Part shown: positions 37,954-47,408 of the stretch, in pieces
Numbering within the stretch: the stretch's first letter is position 1
How the letters are laid out: every line of letters begins with the position of its first letter
Assembly: GCA_040905565.1 (NCBI GenBank)
Contig: JBBDRF010000009.1
Span: 1-57,555 of the forward strand
DNA: 57,555 bases
Reading direction: 5' to 3'
Source of the DNA: Phycisphaeraceae bacterium
GTDB taxonomy: Bacteria > Planctomycetota > Phycisphaerae > Phycisphaerales > Zrk34
Notes under the pieces: generated by a model
What the model was told of the DNA's origin: nothing
The model's database searches: none
Seen by the model: only the letters and a program-made list of their open reading frames with translations
Made by a program: the position numbers and the translations under genes

Positions 37954-39888
37954 ATGGCGAAGAGCCGATCCATCCGAGCTGGCCGGGCGTACGTCGAACT
38001 CGGCGTCGAGGACCGCCTCACGCGCGGCCTGCGTGCCGCTGAGCAGCGCCTCAAACAGTTCGGCGCATCGGTGCGGCAGATCGGTACACGTATCGCAGGC
38101 ATCGGCGCAGCGGTCGCCACACCACTACTGGCCGCCACGCGCAGCTTCGCCAACGTCGGTGACGACATGCAGAAGATGGCAGCCCGCACCGGCGTCGGCG
38201 TGGAGGCGCTTTCGGAGCTCGGCTTCGCCGCTGAGCAGTCCGGCGCGAGCGTTGAGGCGATGGGTAACGTGCTATTCCGCATGCGACGGCGGATCGCCAA
38301 CGCCGCGACCGGGGCCGGGCCAGCGGTGCGAGCCGTGGACTCGCTCGGGTTGTCGGCCGAGCAGCTGACGCAGCTGCCGGTCGAGCAGCAGTTCAAGGTG
38401 ATCGCCGACAGCCTCGCCTATATCGCCAATCCGTCCGAGGCTGCCCAGTATGCGTTCGAGGTGCTCGGCGATGAGGCGAAGGCGATGCTGCCCCTGCTTG
38501 CCGAGGGAGCCGACGGCATCGAAGCGCTCCAGCAGCAGGCGCGTGACCTTGGACTCACCGTCACAAGCGACGCCGCCGCGAGCGCCGCCAAGCTCAGCGA
38601 TCAGTGGCACGTCATGACCCGCGTCATGAAGGCAGCGACGTTCGCGATCGGCGAAGCCCTCGCTCCGGCCATCGGCGATGTGGTCGAGCGTGTCTCCAAG
38701 GCGCTCGTGATTGGCAGCAACTGGATCCGTCAGAATCAGCAGTTGATCGTGGTCGTGCTGAAGACCGCCGCCGCTGTGGTGGGCATCGGCACCGCGATCA
38801 TCGGCCTCGGCCTGAGCATCACGCTGATCGGCACCGCGCTCGGTGGCCTGGCAAGCATCGTCAGCGGCGTCGCGGCTGCCTTCGGACTGCTCGCAGCGGC
38901 GGTCACGGCACTCGTCTCGCCCATCGGCCTCGCATCCGCAGCCGTCGTCGGCCTCGGTGGCTACCTTGTCCATGCCTCCGAATCCGGCGGCAACGCCCTG
39001 CGCTGGTTAGCCGATCGCTTTGTGTATCTGCGTGACACGGCACTGCGTTCTTATCATGCGATCGCCGACGCGCTCGCGGCGGGTGACATCTCTCTCGCCG
39101 CCCGCGTGCTCTGGCTCACGCTCCGCATGGAATGGCAACGCGGCATCGCGTTCCTCAACCGCCGCTGGATCAACTTCCGCTTCGCCTTCCTGCAGACGTT
39201 CAACGACGCCATGGCGGGGGCGCGTGCCGTGTGGGCGGAGACGGTCGCGTTCTTCGAGCGCACCTGGACACGTTTCGAAGCTGGCCGGCAGCGGGCGATC
39301 GAGCACCTCGGTAACACCCTCGCGCGCGGCTGGGCACGCCTGCAGTCGCAGTTCGATGAGACCTTCGATCTCAATTTCGCACTTGAACACCTCGATCAGC
39401 AGCATGACCAGCAGCTGCGCGAGATCGCTCGTAACGAGCAGCGTCAGCAGGCGGCCATCGAAGACCGGCGTGAACAGCGGATGCAGGGAATCGTCGATGA
39501 TCACGCCGCCGCACTGGCTGGCCTGCGGCAGCAGCACGATGAGGAGTTGTCGCAGACCGGCAGCGCGCTTGAGAAGGCGCGGCGTGAATGGGAACAAGCG
39601 GTGACCGAGGCTCGTTCAGCGAGAGAAGCGGTCGGCGATGACGGTCCCGAGCGCCTGAACCCCGCCACTGATCTGTTCGACGCGTTTGACGACATCGTCA
39701 ACCGCCTGCACGACGTTGCCCGCGACACCGTCCAGGTGCGTGGCACGTTCAACGTCGCTGCGGTGCAGTCGCTGCAGGCCAGCAGCACGGACGAACGCAT
39801 CGCCGACGCAGCCGAGCAGACCGCCCGCAACACCAAGCGCATCGAGCGGAACATGAACAACAACAACGGCGGCCTCGCCTTCACCTAG
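37954..39888 (+). CDS. Tail tape-measure protein (644 aa)
   Basis: Ala-rich helical ORF, hydrophobic mid-region, W/F periodicity; GGAGG RBS. Confidence 0.88.
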   Translation: MAKSRSIRAGRAYVELGVEDRLTRGLRAAEQRLKQFGASVRQIGTRIAGIGAAVATPLLAATRSFANVGDDMQKMAARTGVGVEALSELGFAAEQSGASVEAMGNVLFRMRRRIANAATGAGPAVRAVDSLGLSAEQLTQLPVEQQFKVIADSLAYIANPSEAAQYAFEVLGDEAKAMLPLLAEGADGIEALQQQARDLGLTVTSDAAASAAKLSDQWHVMTRVMKAATFAIGEALAPAIGDVVERVSKALVIGSNWIRQNQQLIVVVLKTAAAVVGIGTAIIGLGLSITLIGTALGGLASIVSGVAAAFGLLAAAVTALVSPIGLASAAVVGLGGYLVHASESGGNALRWLADRFVYLRDTALRSYHAIADALAAGDISLAARVLWLTLRMEWQRGIAFLNRRWINFRFAFLQTFNDAMAGARAVWAETVAFFERTWTRFEAGRQRAIEHLGNTLARGWARLQSQFDETFDLNFALEHLDQQHDQQLREIARNEQRQQAAIEDRREQRMQGIVDDHAAALAGLRQQHDEELSQTGSALEKARREWEQAVTEARSAREAVGDDGPERLNPATDLFDAFDDIVNRLHDVARDTVQVRGTFNVAAVQSLQASSTDERIADAAEQTARNTKRIERNMNNNNGGLAFT

Positions 39889-39907
39889 CCCCCCCCCCAC
39901 ACGAACC

Positions 39908-40714
39908 ATGCCCATCACCGTAGAAGAAAAATTCGGCCGCATCCTCAGCGACAGTTCCGCGGAACTGGGCTACATCGTGCGCGGCACGGATTCCGATGCC
40001 GACGCGCGTGCGGCCGTCGCCGGTGAAGCGCCGTCGTCGCACGCCGGTCTGCAGCTTGAAGACATCGAGGTCGAGGAGGTCGGCGTCATGCTCTGGCTCG
40101 GCCTCGCCCGCTACGCCGCTCCGCAGATCGGCGGGCCGGATCCGGGTGAGGGTGACGGCGCTTTCACCTTCGACACCGGCGGCGGCACGCAGCACATCAC
40201 CCAGTCGCTGGAGACCGTCAACACCTACGCTGCTCCGGCACTTCCGGGAGCGGCTCCGGACTTCCAGGGCGCGATCGGGGCGACTGCTGAGAGCGTCGAA
40301 GGCGTCGACATCACCGTACCGGTCTACCACTTCTCCGAGACGCACTTCCTCAGCGACAGTGCCGTGACCAATGCTTACAAGGGCACGCTGTTCTACCTGA
40401 CCGGCCGCGTGAACAGTGCTGCCTTCCGCGGACTCGACGCAGGTGAATGCCTGTTCCTCGGCGCGGCCGGCTCACAGCGGGCGGCGGGTGAAGATTGGGA
40501 GATCAACTTCCGCTTCGCCGGGTCGCCCAACGTCACCGATCTCAGCGTGGGGAATATCACCGGCATCGACAAAAAAGGCTGGGAGTACCTTTGGATCCGC
40601 TATGAAGACGCGGAGGATGCTGCCGCCCACATGCTCGTCAAACGCCCCGTCGCAGCCTACGTCGAGAAGGTCTACCGCGACGGCAACTTCGCTGATCTCA
40701 ACATCGGAACGTGA
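39908..40714 (+). CDS. Putative distal tail protein
   Basis: First gene after tape measure; beta-rich. Confidence 0.6.
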   Translation: MPITVEEKFGRILSDSSAELGYIVRGTDSDADARAAVAGEAPSSHAGLQLEDIEVEEVGVMLWLGLARYAAPQIGGPDPGEGDGAFTFDTGGGTQHITQSLETVNTYAAPALPGAAPDFQGAIGATAESVEGVDITVPVYHFSETHFLSDSAVTNAYKGTLFYLTGRVNSAAFRGLDAGECLFLGAAGSQRAAGEDWEINFRFAGSPNVTDLSVGNITGIDKKGWEYLWIRYEDAEDAAAHMLVKRPVAAYVEKVYRDGNFADLNIGT

Positions 40715-40717
40715 GCC

Positions 40718-41602
40718 ATGGGTGACGACCTTCGAAAAGTCCAGCCTGGCCAGCCGCTACGGATCCCCGCGTCGACGTTCAACACGTTCATCGATGCAGC
40801 CCGTGAGCATCGTGCTCGGCAGCACACCGTGAGCGTGGCGGCGGGCCGTTCGGTGGGGGGGCACACGCCCAGCGTCGTGCCGGTTCGCAACGATACCGGC
40901 GTCGACTTCACTAACCGCTTCCGCATCGTGGGCCTTGATGAGCCGATCTATGATCGCAGTGAAAACCCAGCTGGCTTCGACAACCACATTGCGTTCAAGG
41001 CCGTCACGCCTTCGCTGCCGGAGCACACCGGTCGATTCGGCATCCTGCTTGAGCCCGTGCGTGAAGGCGGCATCGCGAAGGCGATCGTCCACGGCGTCTG
41101 CCAGGTGCGCATCTCGGTACCCGCCGGCGGTGAATCGCATCGTCTGGCTGAGGTGGACGATGGCGATACGAACACGCTATCTGCCGGCCCCGGCGGGTCG
41201 GCCAGCATCCTCTGGAAGGAAGCGGGCATCGGCACCAAGTGGGCGATCGTTCGCCTCGATGGCATGGCTGCGACGCCGACTGTCTTCGCCCGCATCACCG
41301 GCTCTGCCGAGAAGCGGCACGCGTGGATCGAGCAGCAGTGGAACGCTGGCGGTGAAGTGGAAGACAACCTCGACGGCCTGAGCGGCTCGTCCTCATCATC
41401 GCAAAGCCACACCTCCGCCTACGAACGCAACGGACTCGTCGTGCGAACCGACACGCTCGTGCTGCTACAGCGTGAGATCCGCACCGATGGGTCGTGGCGG
41501 TGGATCTTCGACTACCCGATTCCCCACGACACCGGGCAGTACAAGGTGTTCCAGCTCGATGCCGACAACAAGCCGCACTGGGATTGGGTGAGGGCACACT
41601 GA
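40718..41602 (+). CDS. Putative tail tip protein
   Basis: Operon position only. Confidence 0.55.
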   Translation: MGDDLRKVQPGQPLRIPASTFNTFIDAAREHRARQHTVSVAAGRSVGGHTPSVVPVRNDTGVDFTNRFRIVGLDEPIYDRSENPAGFDNHIAFKAVTPSLPEHTGRFGILLEPVREGGIAKAIVHGVCQVRISVPAGGESHRLAEVDDGDTNTLSAGPGGSASILWKEAGIGTKWAIVRLDGMAATPTVFARITGSAEKRHAWIEQQWNAGGEVEDNLDGLSGSSSSSQSHTSAYERNGLVVRTDTLVLLQREIRTDGSWRWIFDYPIPHDTGQYKVFQLDADNKPHWDWVRAH

Positions 41603-42714
41603 TGACGTGGATCGACATGCCCGCGACGAATCACACGGACTGGTCGAGCGCCGACTTCCTCAACCAGTTCGTAGACGCCATCAACTGGCGGATCCGCGTG
41701 GCCAGCGGATTCGAGCTATCCAGCGTGAGCGTCGGGGCCGACGTGCAGCGGCGGAACCTCATCCGCTCATGGCAGTCACGCATCGAGCAGCTGGCGACTT
41801 CCTTCACCGATCCGTCGAAGCCCGACTTCTCGCAGCTGGACATCGATCCTGCCACATGGTTCTGGACGCTCCCAGACTGGCGAAACGCCGCTGGCCTTCA
41901 TCCCGATGGCTTCACGCGCAAGTACCCCGATGCTGCCGGCAACATCATCAACGCCTACGGTCTGCTCGAAGTCGGCGACTACATCGGCCCGTGGCTCTTC
42001 AACGAACTCAAGCAGGCGCTCGAGCCGCTCACACACCGCAGCTACTTCTGGTCGCCCGGCTTCTCGCCGCATGGCCAACTTGATCTTTATGACGGCGAAT
42101 ACAGCGTCGACGATGATTACCGCCAACTCGGCTTCGCACGCGGCTGGGGCTCGAGCATGCCGTGGTCATCGGTGATCGCCGCCGCCGAATGCGACTTCTC
42201 AGGCGGCAGCAACTGTGCCCCCGGCGACGATCTCGAACTCGTCGGCCCCGGTGCAGGCGGCTTCCACAAAGACGTGGAAAACGGCCGTATCATGCAGCAG
42301 CTCACCACGTTCGGCCAGACCCGCAAGTACGCCTGGATCCAGCGCACCCGCCGCCGCATCGGCCTGCAGGGCGTGCACCAAAATGCCGTCGCACAGATCC
42401 CAGCCCACGCCAACGTCTACCTCGCCGCCGGCGACACCGGCGTTACGGGCGATCTCACCTTCAACGCCCACGGCGAACCCGTCCTCGAAAACCAGTGGAC
42501 CAACTACTGGCAAGGCAACATGACCGTGCAGGACGGCCAACTCGTCACCGGTCTCATGGGTAGCCTCGACATGCTCAACGCTGTGCCCGAATCCCACTGG
42601 CCAACTAGCCATGGCGAAAGCACCAAGCACGGCTGGAACATCCACGCCTTCGAACACCCCGACCTCAGCTTCAACCCACGAGCGTTGTGCGCAGTGGTGG
42701 CGTGGGAATTTTGA
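41602..42714 (+). CDS. Putative tail tip / receptor-binding protein
   Basis: TGATG-coupled last gene of the structural operon; aromatic-rich. Confidence 0.55.
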   Translation: MTWIDMPATNHTDWSSADFLNQFVDAINWRIRVASGFELSSVSVGADVQRRNLIRSWQSRIEQLATSFTDPSKPDFSQLDIDPATWFWTLPDWRNAAGLHPDGFTRKYPDAAGNIINAYGLLEVGDYIGPWLFNELKQALEPLTHRSYFWSPGFSPHGQLDLYDGEYSVDDDYRQLGFARGWGSSMPWSSVIAAAECDFSGGSNCAPGDDLELVGPGAGGFHKDVENGRIMQQLTTFGQTRKYAWIQRTRRRIGLQGVHQNAVAQIPAHANVYLAAGDTGVTGDLTFNAHGEPVLENQWTNYWQGNMTVQDGQLVTGLMGSLDMLNAVPESHWPTSHGESTKHGWNIHAFEHPDLSFNPRALCAVVAWEF

Positions 42715-42766
42715 TGTTAGTGACGCTATTCCGACGCAATTCAGGTGGCTTTTGGCGAGGGTGTGC
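42590..42766 (+). repeat. Direct repeat copy A (3' end of last tail gene plus downstream DNA)
   Basis: Aligns by eye with 55186-55359. Confidence 0.9.
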
Positions 42767-42799
42767 GATAGTTCTCCCAACTGTGTACGGAACCCTCTA

Positions 42800-44179
42800 A
42801 CATGGCTTGACCCCGCCCACGGTGCATCGGGTAACATGATGGGAATGCCCAAGCCGCTTGATCCGACTGAAAGCTTCACCGCTGTCGACGATGCGTGGAA
42901 CCGCCTCGTCGAACTCACCGACGACAATGCCAGCAGCAGCGGAGGCGATCAGCTTGTCGCGGAGTATGAGTGGGACGGCATGGGCCGCCGCATCATGGCG
43001 ACGAGCTATGATGATGGCCTGCTCGAGGAGACCCGGCACTTCTACTATTCCGCTGCTCACCAGATCCTCGAAGAACGCGTCGACGGCACGGCTGACAGCG
43101 ACATGGATCTGCAGTACGTCTGGGGTGCTCAGTACGTCGACGAACTGATCTGCCGCGACCGCCCCGGCGACCCCAGCAGCAGCTCAAGCTCCGCCGAAGA
43201 CGAACGCATCTACGTCACCCACGACCCCAGCTACCGCATCACCGCACTCGTCGATGGCGACAAAAACGTCCTCGAACGCTACCGCTACTCACCCTACGGC
43301 CAACGCACGGTCCTCAACCCCGACTGGACCACCCACACCGACCCCGAAGAAGGCAGCTACAACTTCCGCATCGGACACCAGGGACTGCGGCATGATGAAA
43401 CCGGGCTCGTCTATAATCGGGCTAGGATGCTGCATGTGGGGCTGGGAAGGTTCACGCAGAGGGATCCCATTGGTTATCTGGACGGAACGAACGTTTACGC
43501 AGCATATCACGTAATGTATGGCGACCTTGATCCGTCAGGACTTTTTTGTAGTCACCCAAGCTGGAAATGTATTCACAGTCACCTCGAACATGGCAACTAT
43601 GCGTACGCGCGTGCCCTCATCGAGAAACTCAATAGTAAGAATCGCCAGGATATTCAAAAGCTGATTCGATCCCTGGTACTCGCGTCGAATGTTCTCGATG
43701 ATATTTTTGAGAGCCTGTCGCTTGACGTTCCGATCAAACCGATTTCTGAGGACGGGGAGTGTTGTAAAGGAGGACGGAAGCATGAATGGCGAATGAGGGG
43801 TACTCAGGCACAGGCAGGCCTAAAGGCGAGTGTTACGATTAGTAACCCATATTGGGACACGGAGAACGAAGAATTGCCCTGCTGTCCAACGTCGGGCGAT
43901 TATTACGAAGTTCTCATGGGGCCTCAGGTCGAAGCAAGGGCCGGGGCTGGTGGCGACTTTTCAGCGCAGGGTGGTGTTCAATTCGGGCCGGAGGGGATTG
44001 ATTTGATTGGTCGCCTTGGATTGGAACTGTTGACGGCCTATCTCGATGCGGAAAAGCGTGGCGGTCCCAAGGCTGGCGCAATTGAACTGGGGCAGAAATG
44101 GGGCAAAGGCGTCGGATTCGACGTGGGGGTATTTCGATCCTTCACGATATTCGTAGAGGAGAGTGGCGGAGCATGTTAA
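42800..44179 (+). CDS. Orphan Rhs module 1 (core C-terminus plus Cys-rich tip); translation start unclear
   Basis: YD-like repeats, ERYRYSPYG, HQGL.HD.TGL.YNRAR, GRF.QRDP, DPSGL cleavage motif. Confidence 0.85.
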   Translation, partial: TWLDPAHGASGNMMGMPKPLDPTESFTAVDDAWNRLVELTDDNASSSGGDQLVAEYEWDGMGRRIMATSYDDGLLEETRHFYYSAAHQILEERVDGTADSDMDLQYVWGAQYVDELICRDRPGDPSSSSSSAEDERIYVTHDPSYRITALVDGDKNVLERYRYSPYGQRTVLNPDWTTHTDPEEGSYNFRIGHQGLRHDETGLVYNRARMLHVGLGRFTQRDPIGYLDGTNVYAAYHVMYGDLDPSGLFCSHPSWKCIHSHLEHGNYAYARALIEKLNSKNRQDIQKLIRSLVLASNVLDDIFESLSLDVPIKPISEDGECCKGGRKHEWRMRGTQAQAGLKASVTISNPYWDTENEELPCCPTSGDYYEVLMGPQVEARAGAGGDFSAQGGVQFGPEGIDLIGRLGLELLTAYLDAEKRGGPKAGAIELGQKWGKGVGFDVGVFRSFTIFVEESGGAC

Positions 44180-45285
44180 AGCCGACAACATCCAAGGCAC
44201 GCCTAGTGCTGGTGACATTATGGGCTGCGTTGTGTTTCCCGGGCGCCGGGGCTGAGGCCGACGCACCACCTACCGAGGATGTAGCCATCTATTTCTCGGA
44301 ATGTGAAGTGCTCGATGTCGTGTCGACCAGTGGTAGAATTTGGACGCTTGATGGACGAGTGCTCCCATCGCGAATGATCGTTCGCGATAGTCGGCAGTGG
44401 CGACGTGAAGACTTCGCGATCGAGTTCGTTCTTATTGAGCCGGGGCAGGTGAATACAAGTGGGCTTACACTCAACGTAGAACGTCCTTTCTATGTCGCCA
44501 TACGCACCCTCACGTGGCAAGAACTTGGGCAATTGCAGAAGGAATCGGGGCTCCTGCGCCCGCGAGAGGAGATGCTGGATGAATATTTGCACGCGTTTCG
44601 AGACGAATTCCACGCCAGCTTCGAACATCAGGTACGTGAATATCTGGCTGATCCGGAGATGCCTGGTCTTCTGATGGGCCAACGTGAGGCACTTTCTGCG
44701 GTTCAGCTACTAAGTAGCCGTGTAAGCATGACTATACGATTGCCGACTCTAGCAGAATGGCTGCTAGCTGCACGTGGTGGTGCTAAGACAACCTTCTGGT
44801 GGGGAAACGACTGGGATCCGGAGTTCGCTGCTACTGGACGAGAGCCAGCATCCGACGAATCTAGAACTCGATTCTCACGGCCCGAGGACCGGCTGCCGCG
44901 TCTTCACCCTGCAGGATCGGGACGGCCTAACCCCTACGGCTTGTTTCATGCTTTCGGTAATGTGAGGGAAGTGACTTTTCCTTCGCTGGAGGAGCGCCGA
45001 CGCCTCAATGCAGCCTTCGGTCTCGTTTCGCCACGAGCAAATCGGTTCGTAGACGTTGATGGCGAACAATTTGTGCGCATGTCGATATACCCCTATACAT
45101 TGCTGCCTGTTGGCGGCGGAGTGGAACGGTTCCCGCCCTACAATGCCAGAACATCCTCGTTGCTGCCAATAATAATGGCTCAAGAAAGAGTGCAAGATCG
45201 TTTTTTCGACGAGGGACCTTTAAGCATGACAGGCTTGCGGCCTGTGATCGAAATTCCGGATGGACTGATCGACTCGCATGAGTGA
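44173..45285 (+). CDS. Exported FGE-sulfatase (SUMF1)-domain protein, putative immunity 1
   Basis: Signal peptide; RLPT.AEW..AARGG, F.WG, PNPYGL....GNV.E; overlaps the Rhs1 stop. Confidence 0.8.
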   Translation: MLKPTTSKARLVLVTLWAALCFPGAGAEADAPPTEDVAIYFSECEVLDVVSTSGRIWTLDGRVLPSRMIVRDSRQWRREDFAIEFVLIEPGQVNTSGLTLNVERPFYVAIRTLTWQELGQLQKESGLLRPREEMLDEYLHAFRDEFHASFEHQVREYLADPEMPGLLMGQREALSAVQLLSSRVSMTIRLPTLAEWLLAARGGAKTTFWWGNDWDPEFAATGREPASDESRTRFSRPEDRLPRLHPAGSGRPNPYGLFHAFGNVREVTFPSLEERRRLNAAFGLVSPRANRFVDVDGEQFVRMSIYPYTLLPVGGGVERFPPYNARTSSLLPIIMAQERVQDRFFDEGPLSMTGLRPVIEIPDGLIDSHE

Positions 45286-45291
45286 GCACAA

Positions 45292-45395
45292 CTGAAGCGG
45301 GCCATTGGGCCGCGGCTCAAAAGGCCGAGCGCCGGCCGACGCGGCACTTAAGCCGCCTTCCGCTCGTAATGGTTCACCAGACCTGAAGCGGGCCA
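45292..45395 (-). mobile_element. Remnant 3' end of an rve-type IS related to 53701-55012
   Basis: Encodes GLVNHYERKAA* versus GLLNHYKRKAA*, and shares CTGAAGCGGGCCATT with 53714. Confidence 0.7.
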
Positions 45396-45443
45396 CCGCC
45401 GTTTTCGAACGTATCCCGCGTTGGAACTGCTGGCTGTCAGCAA

Positions 45444-45526
45444 GTAGGGTGGGTAGAGCGAAGCGAAACCCACCACGGAGCTGAGCGGGACGATGAGCAA
45501 GCAACTCGTCGTCCCGCTTTCTTGTT
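45444..45526 (+). repeat. GTAG-type REP-like palindrome plus hairpin, copy 1
   Basis: GTAGGGTGGGTAGAGCG..GCGAAACCCACC, then GCGGGACGATGAG/CTCGTCGTCCCGC and Ts. Confidence 0.75.
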
Positions 45527-46901
45527 GGACCACAACGGCGACGCGACGTGGGACCTTGATCAAACCCGCACCCACACGCCCGCCAATGAAATCGACACAA
45601 TCTCCGGCACATGGCTTGACCCCGCCCACGGTGCATCGGGTAACATGATGGGAATGCCCAAGCCGCTTGATCCGACTGAAAGCTTCACCGCTGTCGACGA
45701 TGCGTGGAACCGCCTCGTCGAACTCTCCGAGGCAGGCGAAGCAAGCGGTAGCGGTAGCGCCGAGGGTGGTGTGATCGCCGAGTACGCCTTCGACGCCACC
45801 GGCCGCCGCATCGTCGCCAAAACCTACACCGACGAAGTCCTCGACCAGACGCGACACTTCTACTATTCACAGGCTCACCAGATCCTCGAAGAACGCGTCG
45901 ACGGCACAAGCGATAGCCACCTGGACGTCCAATACGTCTGGGGCAACCGCTACATCGACGACCTAATCGCCCGCCACGACGGCACCAATTGGCTCTTCGC
46001 CCTGCAAGACGCCAACTTCCGCGTCGTCGCCATTGTCAGCGAAGCCGGCAGCGTCGGCGAACGCTACGACTACAACCTCTACGGAAAGCGAATCGTCCTC
46101 AACGACGACTATACCACTCATGCCAACCCCGAAGCAGGCGGCTACGCCTTCGCCATCGGTCACCAGGGCCTCCACCACGACGTCGAATCAGGCCTGGTCT
46201 ACAACCGGGCGAGGATGCTGCACCCCGTGCTGGGAAGATTCATCCAACGCGATCCGCTGGACTATGTGGATGGCATGAGCGTATATGCGGCGTATCATGT
46301 CATGGGAGGCCAATTAGACCCATGGGGATTATGGTCCATCATGCGGTGGCTTTATACAGGAAATGGGAATGCCTCTGATGAACTTTACGAAGTGGCATGC
46401 GAGGACGCTCGAGATTGGCTCTTCACTCGTTCGCCGGTGAGAGGTGGATACGTAGGGGCCGGTCTCAGCGGCAAACGACAAGGACGCGGAGCGCCGGGCG
46501 GCTATGTGGGTGCGACCGGCGGGTGGAGTATAGATCGTGGGCTTGGCGCGACCGTTGGTGGAGGAATTGGGAGGCAAGGTCGAATGCGTGATCCTCGTAC
46601 CGGCCAATTTGCTAGTGGTTGGGGTGGAATAGGAGGCGGTATCGGATATTCGGAAGGCGGCGGCTGGGAAGCATCCGGAGGGCTTTATGGAGGAAGCACT
46701 CAAAATGGCCGCACACGTAAAGGGGGCGGCCATGGTGGCCTGTCTGGAAATGGCACTATTAACGTAGGCTTGAACTATAGGTTTGTGAATGTCGGGCTCA
46801 CAGTTAATCCTTCACGCATTTTGAACCTGTTTGGGGCGGAGGAGTATTTTGGATGGGGGGAAGACAGTTGCCCATCAGAGGAAGATGATCCATGCGACTA
46901 G
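45525..46901 (+). CDS. Orphan Rhs module 2 with Gly-rich tip; translation start unclear
   Basis: Rhs core motifs and DPWGL, followed by a Gly-rich C-terminal domain. Confidence 0.85.
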   Translation: MDHNGDATWDLDQTRTHTPANEIDTISGTWLDPAHGASGNMMGMPKPLDPTESFTAVDDAWNRLVELSEAGEASGSGSAEGGVIAEYAFDATGRRIVAKTYTDEVLDQTRHFYYSQAHQILEERVDGTSDSHLDVQYVWGNRYIDDLIARHDGTNWLFALQDANFRVVAIVSEAGSVGERYDYNLYGKRIVLNDDYTTHANPEAGGYAFAIGHQGLHHDVESGLVYNRARMLHPVLGRFIQRDPLDYVDGMSVYAAYHVMGGQLDPWGLWSIMRWLYTGNGNASDELYEVACEDARDWLFTRSPVRGGYVGAGLSGKRQGRGAPGGYVGATGGWSIDRGLGATVGGGIGRQGRMRDPRTGQFASGWGGIGGGIGYSEGGGWEASGGLYGGSTQNGRTRKGGGHGGLSGNGTINVGLNYRFVNVGLTVNPSRILNLFGAEEYFGWGEDSCPSEEDDPCD

Positions 46902-47236
46902 TAGCAATAGTCATGAGGATCGCTCCCCAGGCGTTTGACAAAATGTCGCCCGCCCTGCTGCGGCGGGCGACATTTCCTGTGGCCGCATTAGTGATATCCG
47001 TCGCAATGATGATTGCGCCTGCAGTTGTTGACTCCATGTCTTGGGGTGGACATTATGGCGAAACCACTTTCGGACAACAGATACCTGATTGGGTCCCCAA
47101 AGTATTGTACTTCTTTGCAGCATCTTCGATTATGGCCCTGTCGTTGTATTGCATCATCCAGCTGTTCGTTCGCCTTGAAAAAGTGAGGCAACGAAGAGAT
47201 CGAACGAGCCTCCATCACAACGATACTAGGAACTGA
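46892..47236 (+). CDS. Two-TM membrane protein, putative immunity 2
   Basis: Overlaps the Rhs2 end; two hydrophobic segments. Confidence 0.6.
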   Translation: MRLVAIVMRIAPQAFDKMSPALLRRATFPVAALVISVAMMIAPAVVDSMSWGGHYGETTFGQQIPDWVPKVLYFFAASSIMALSLYCIIQLFVRLEKVRQRRDRTSLHHNDTRN

Positions 47237-47261
47237 TCAATGAGTATGCTCAAAGCAGCGA

Positions 47262-47344
47262 GTAGGGTGGGTAGAGCGTGAGCGAAACCCACCACGGGAT
47301 CAGGCGGGACGATGAGCAAATGACTCACGTCCCGCTTTCCTGTT
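47262..47344 (+). repeat. GTAG-type REP-like palindrome plus hairpin, copy 2
   Basis: Near copy of 45444-45526. Confidence 0.75.
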
Positions 47345-47408
47345 AGGTAGGATTCCTGTTCTTCACGCGCGCGACATCGGGCCTCACGCGTCGTGACGCC
47401 CTCGCAGA

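Larger units (their letters stand above)
7889..42714 (+). mobile_element. Prophage core (regulation, replication, packaging, head, non-contractile tail); true boundaries not determinable here
   Basis: Mostly co-oriented series: repressor, sigma factor, replication genes, terminase, portal, capsid, tail tube, chaperone, tape measure. No att sites or integrase seen. Confidence 0.9.

Noticed and set aside
35585..42714. Contractile injection system or tailocin delivering the Rhs toxins
   Set aside because: No sheath, baseplate wedge, VgrG or PAAR gene; capsid, portal and terminase indicate a normal siphovirus-like phage.
42611..44179. Frameshift fusion of the last tail protein to Rhs module 1
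   Set aside because: The frame is open from 42611, but fusion needs a +1 shift with no clear slippery site, and Rhs similarity starts only at 42800. Chance openness in GC-rich DNA is sufficient.
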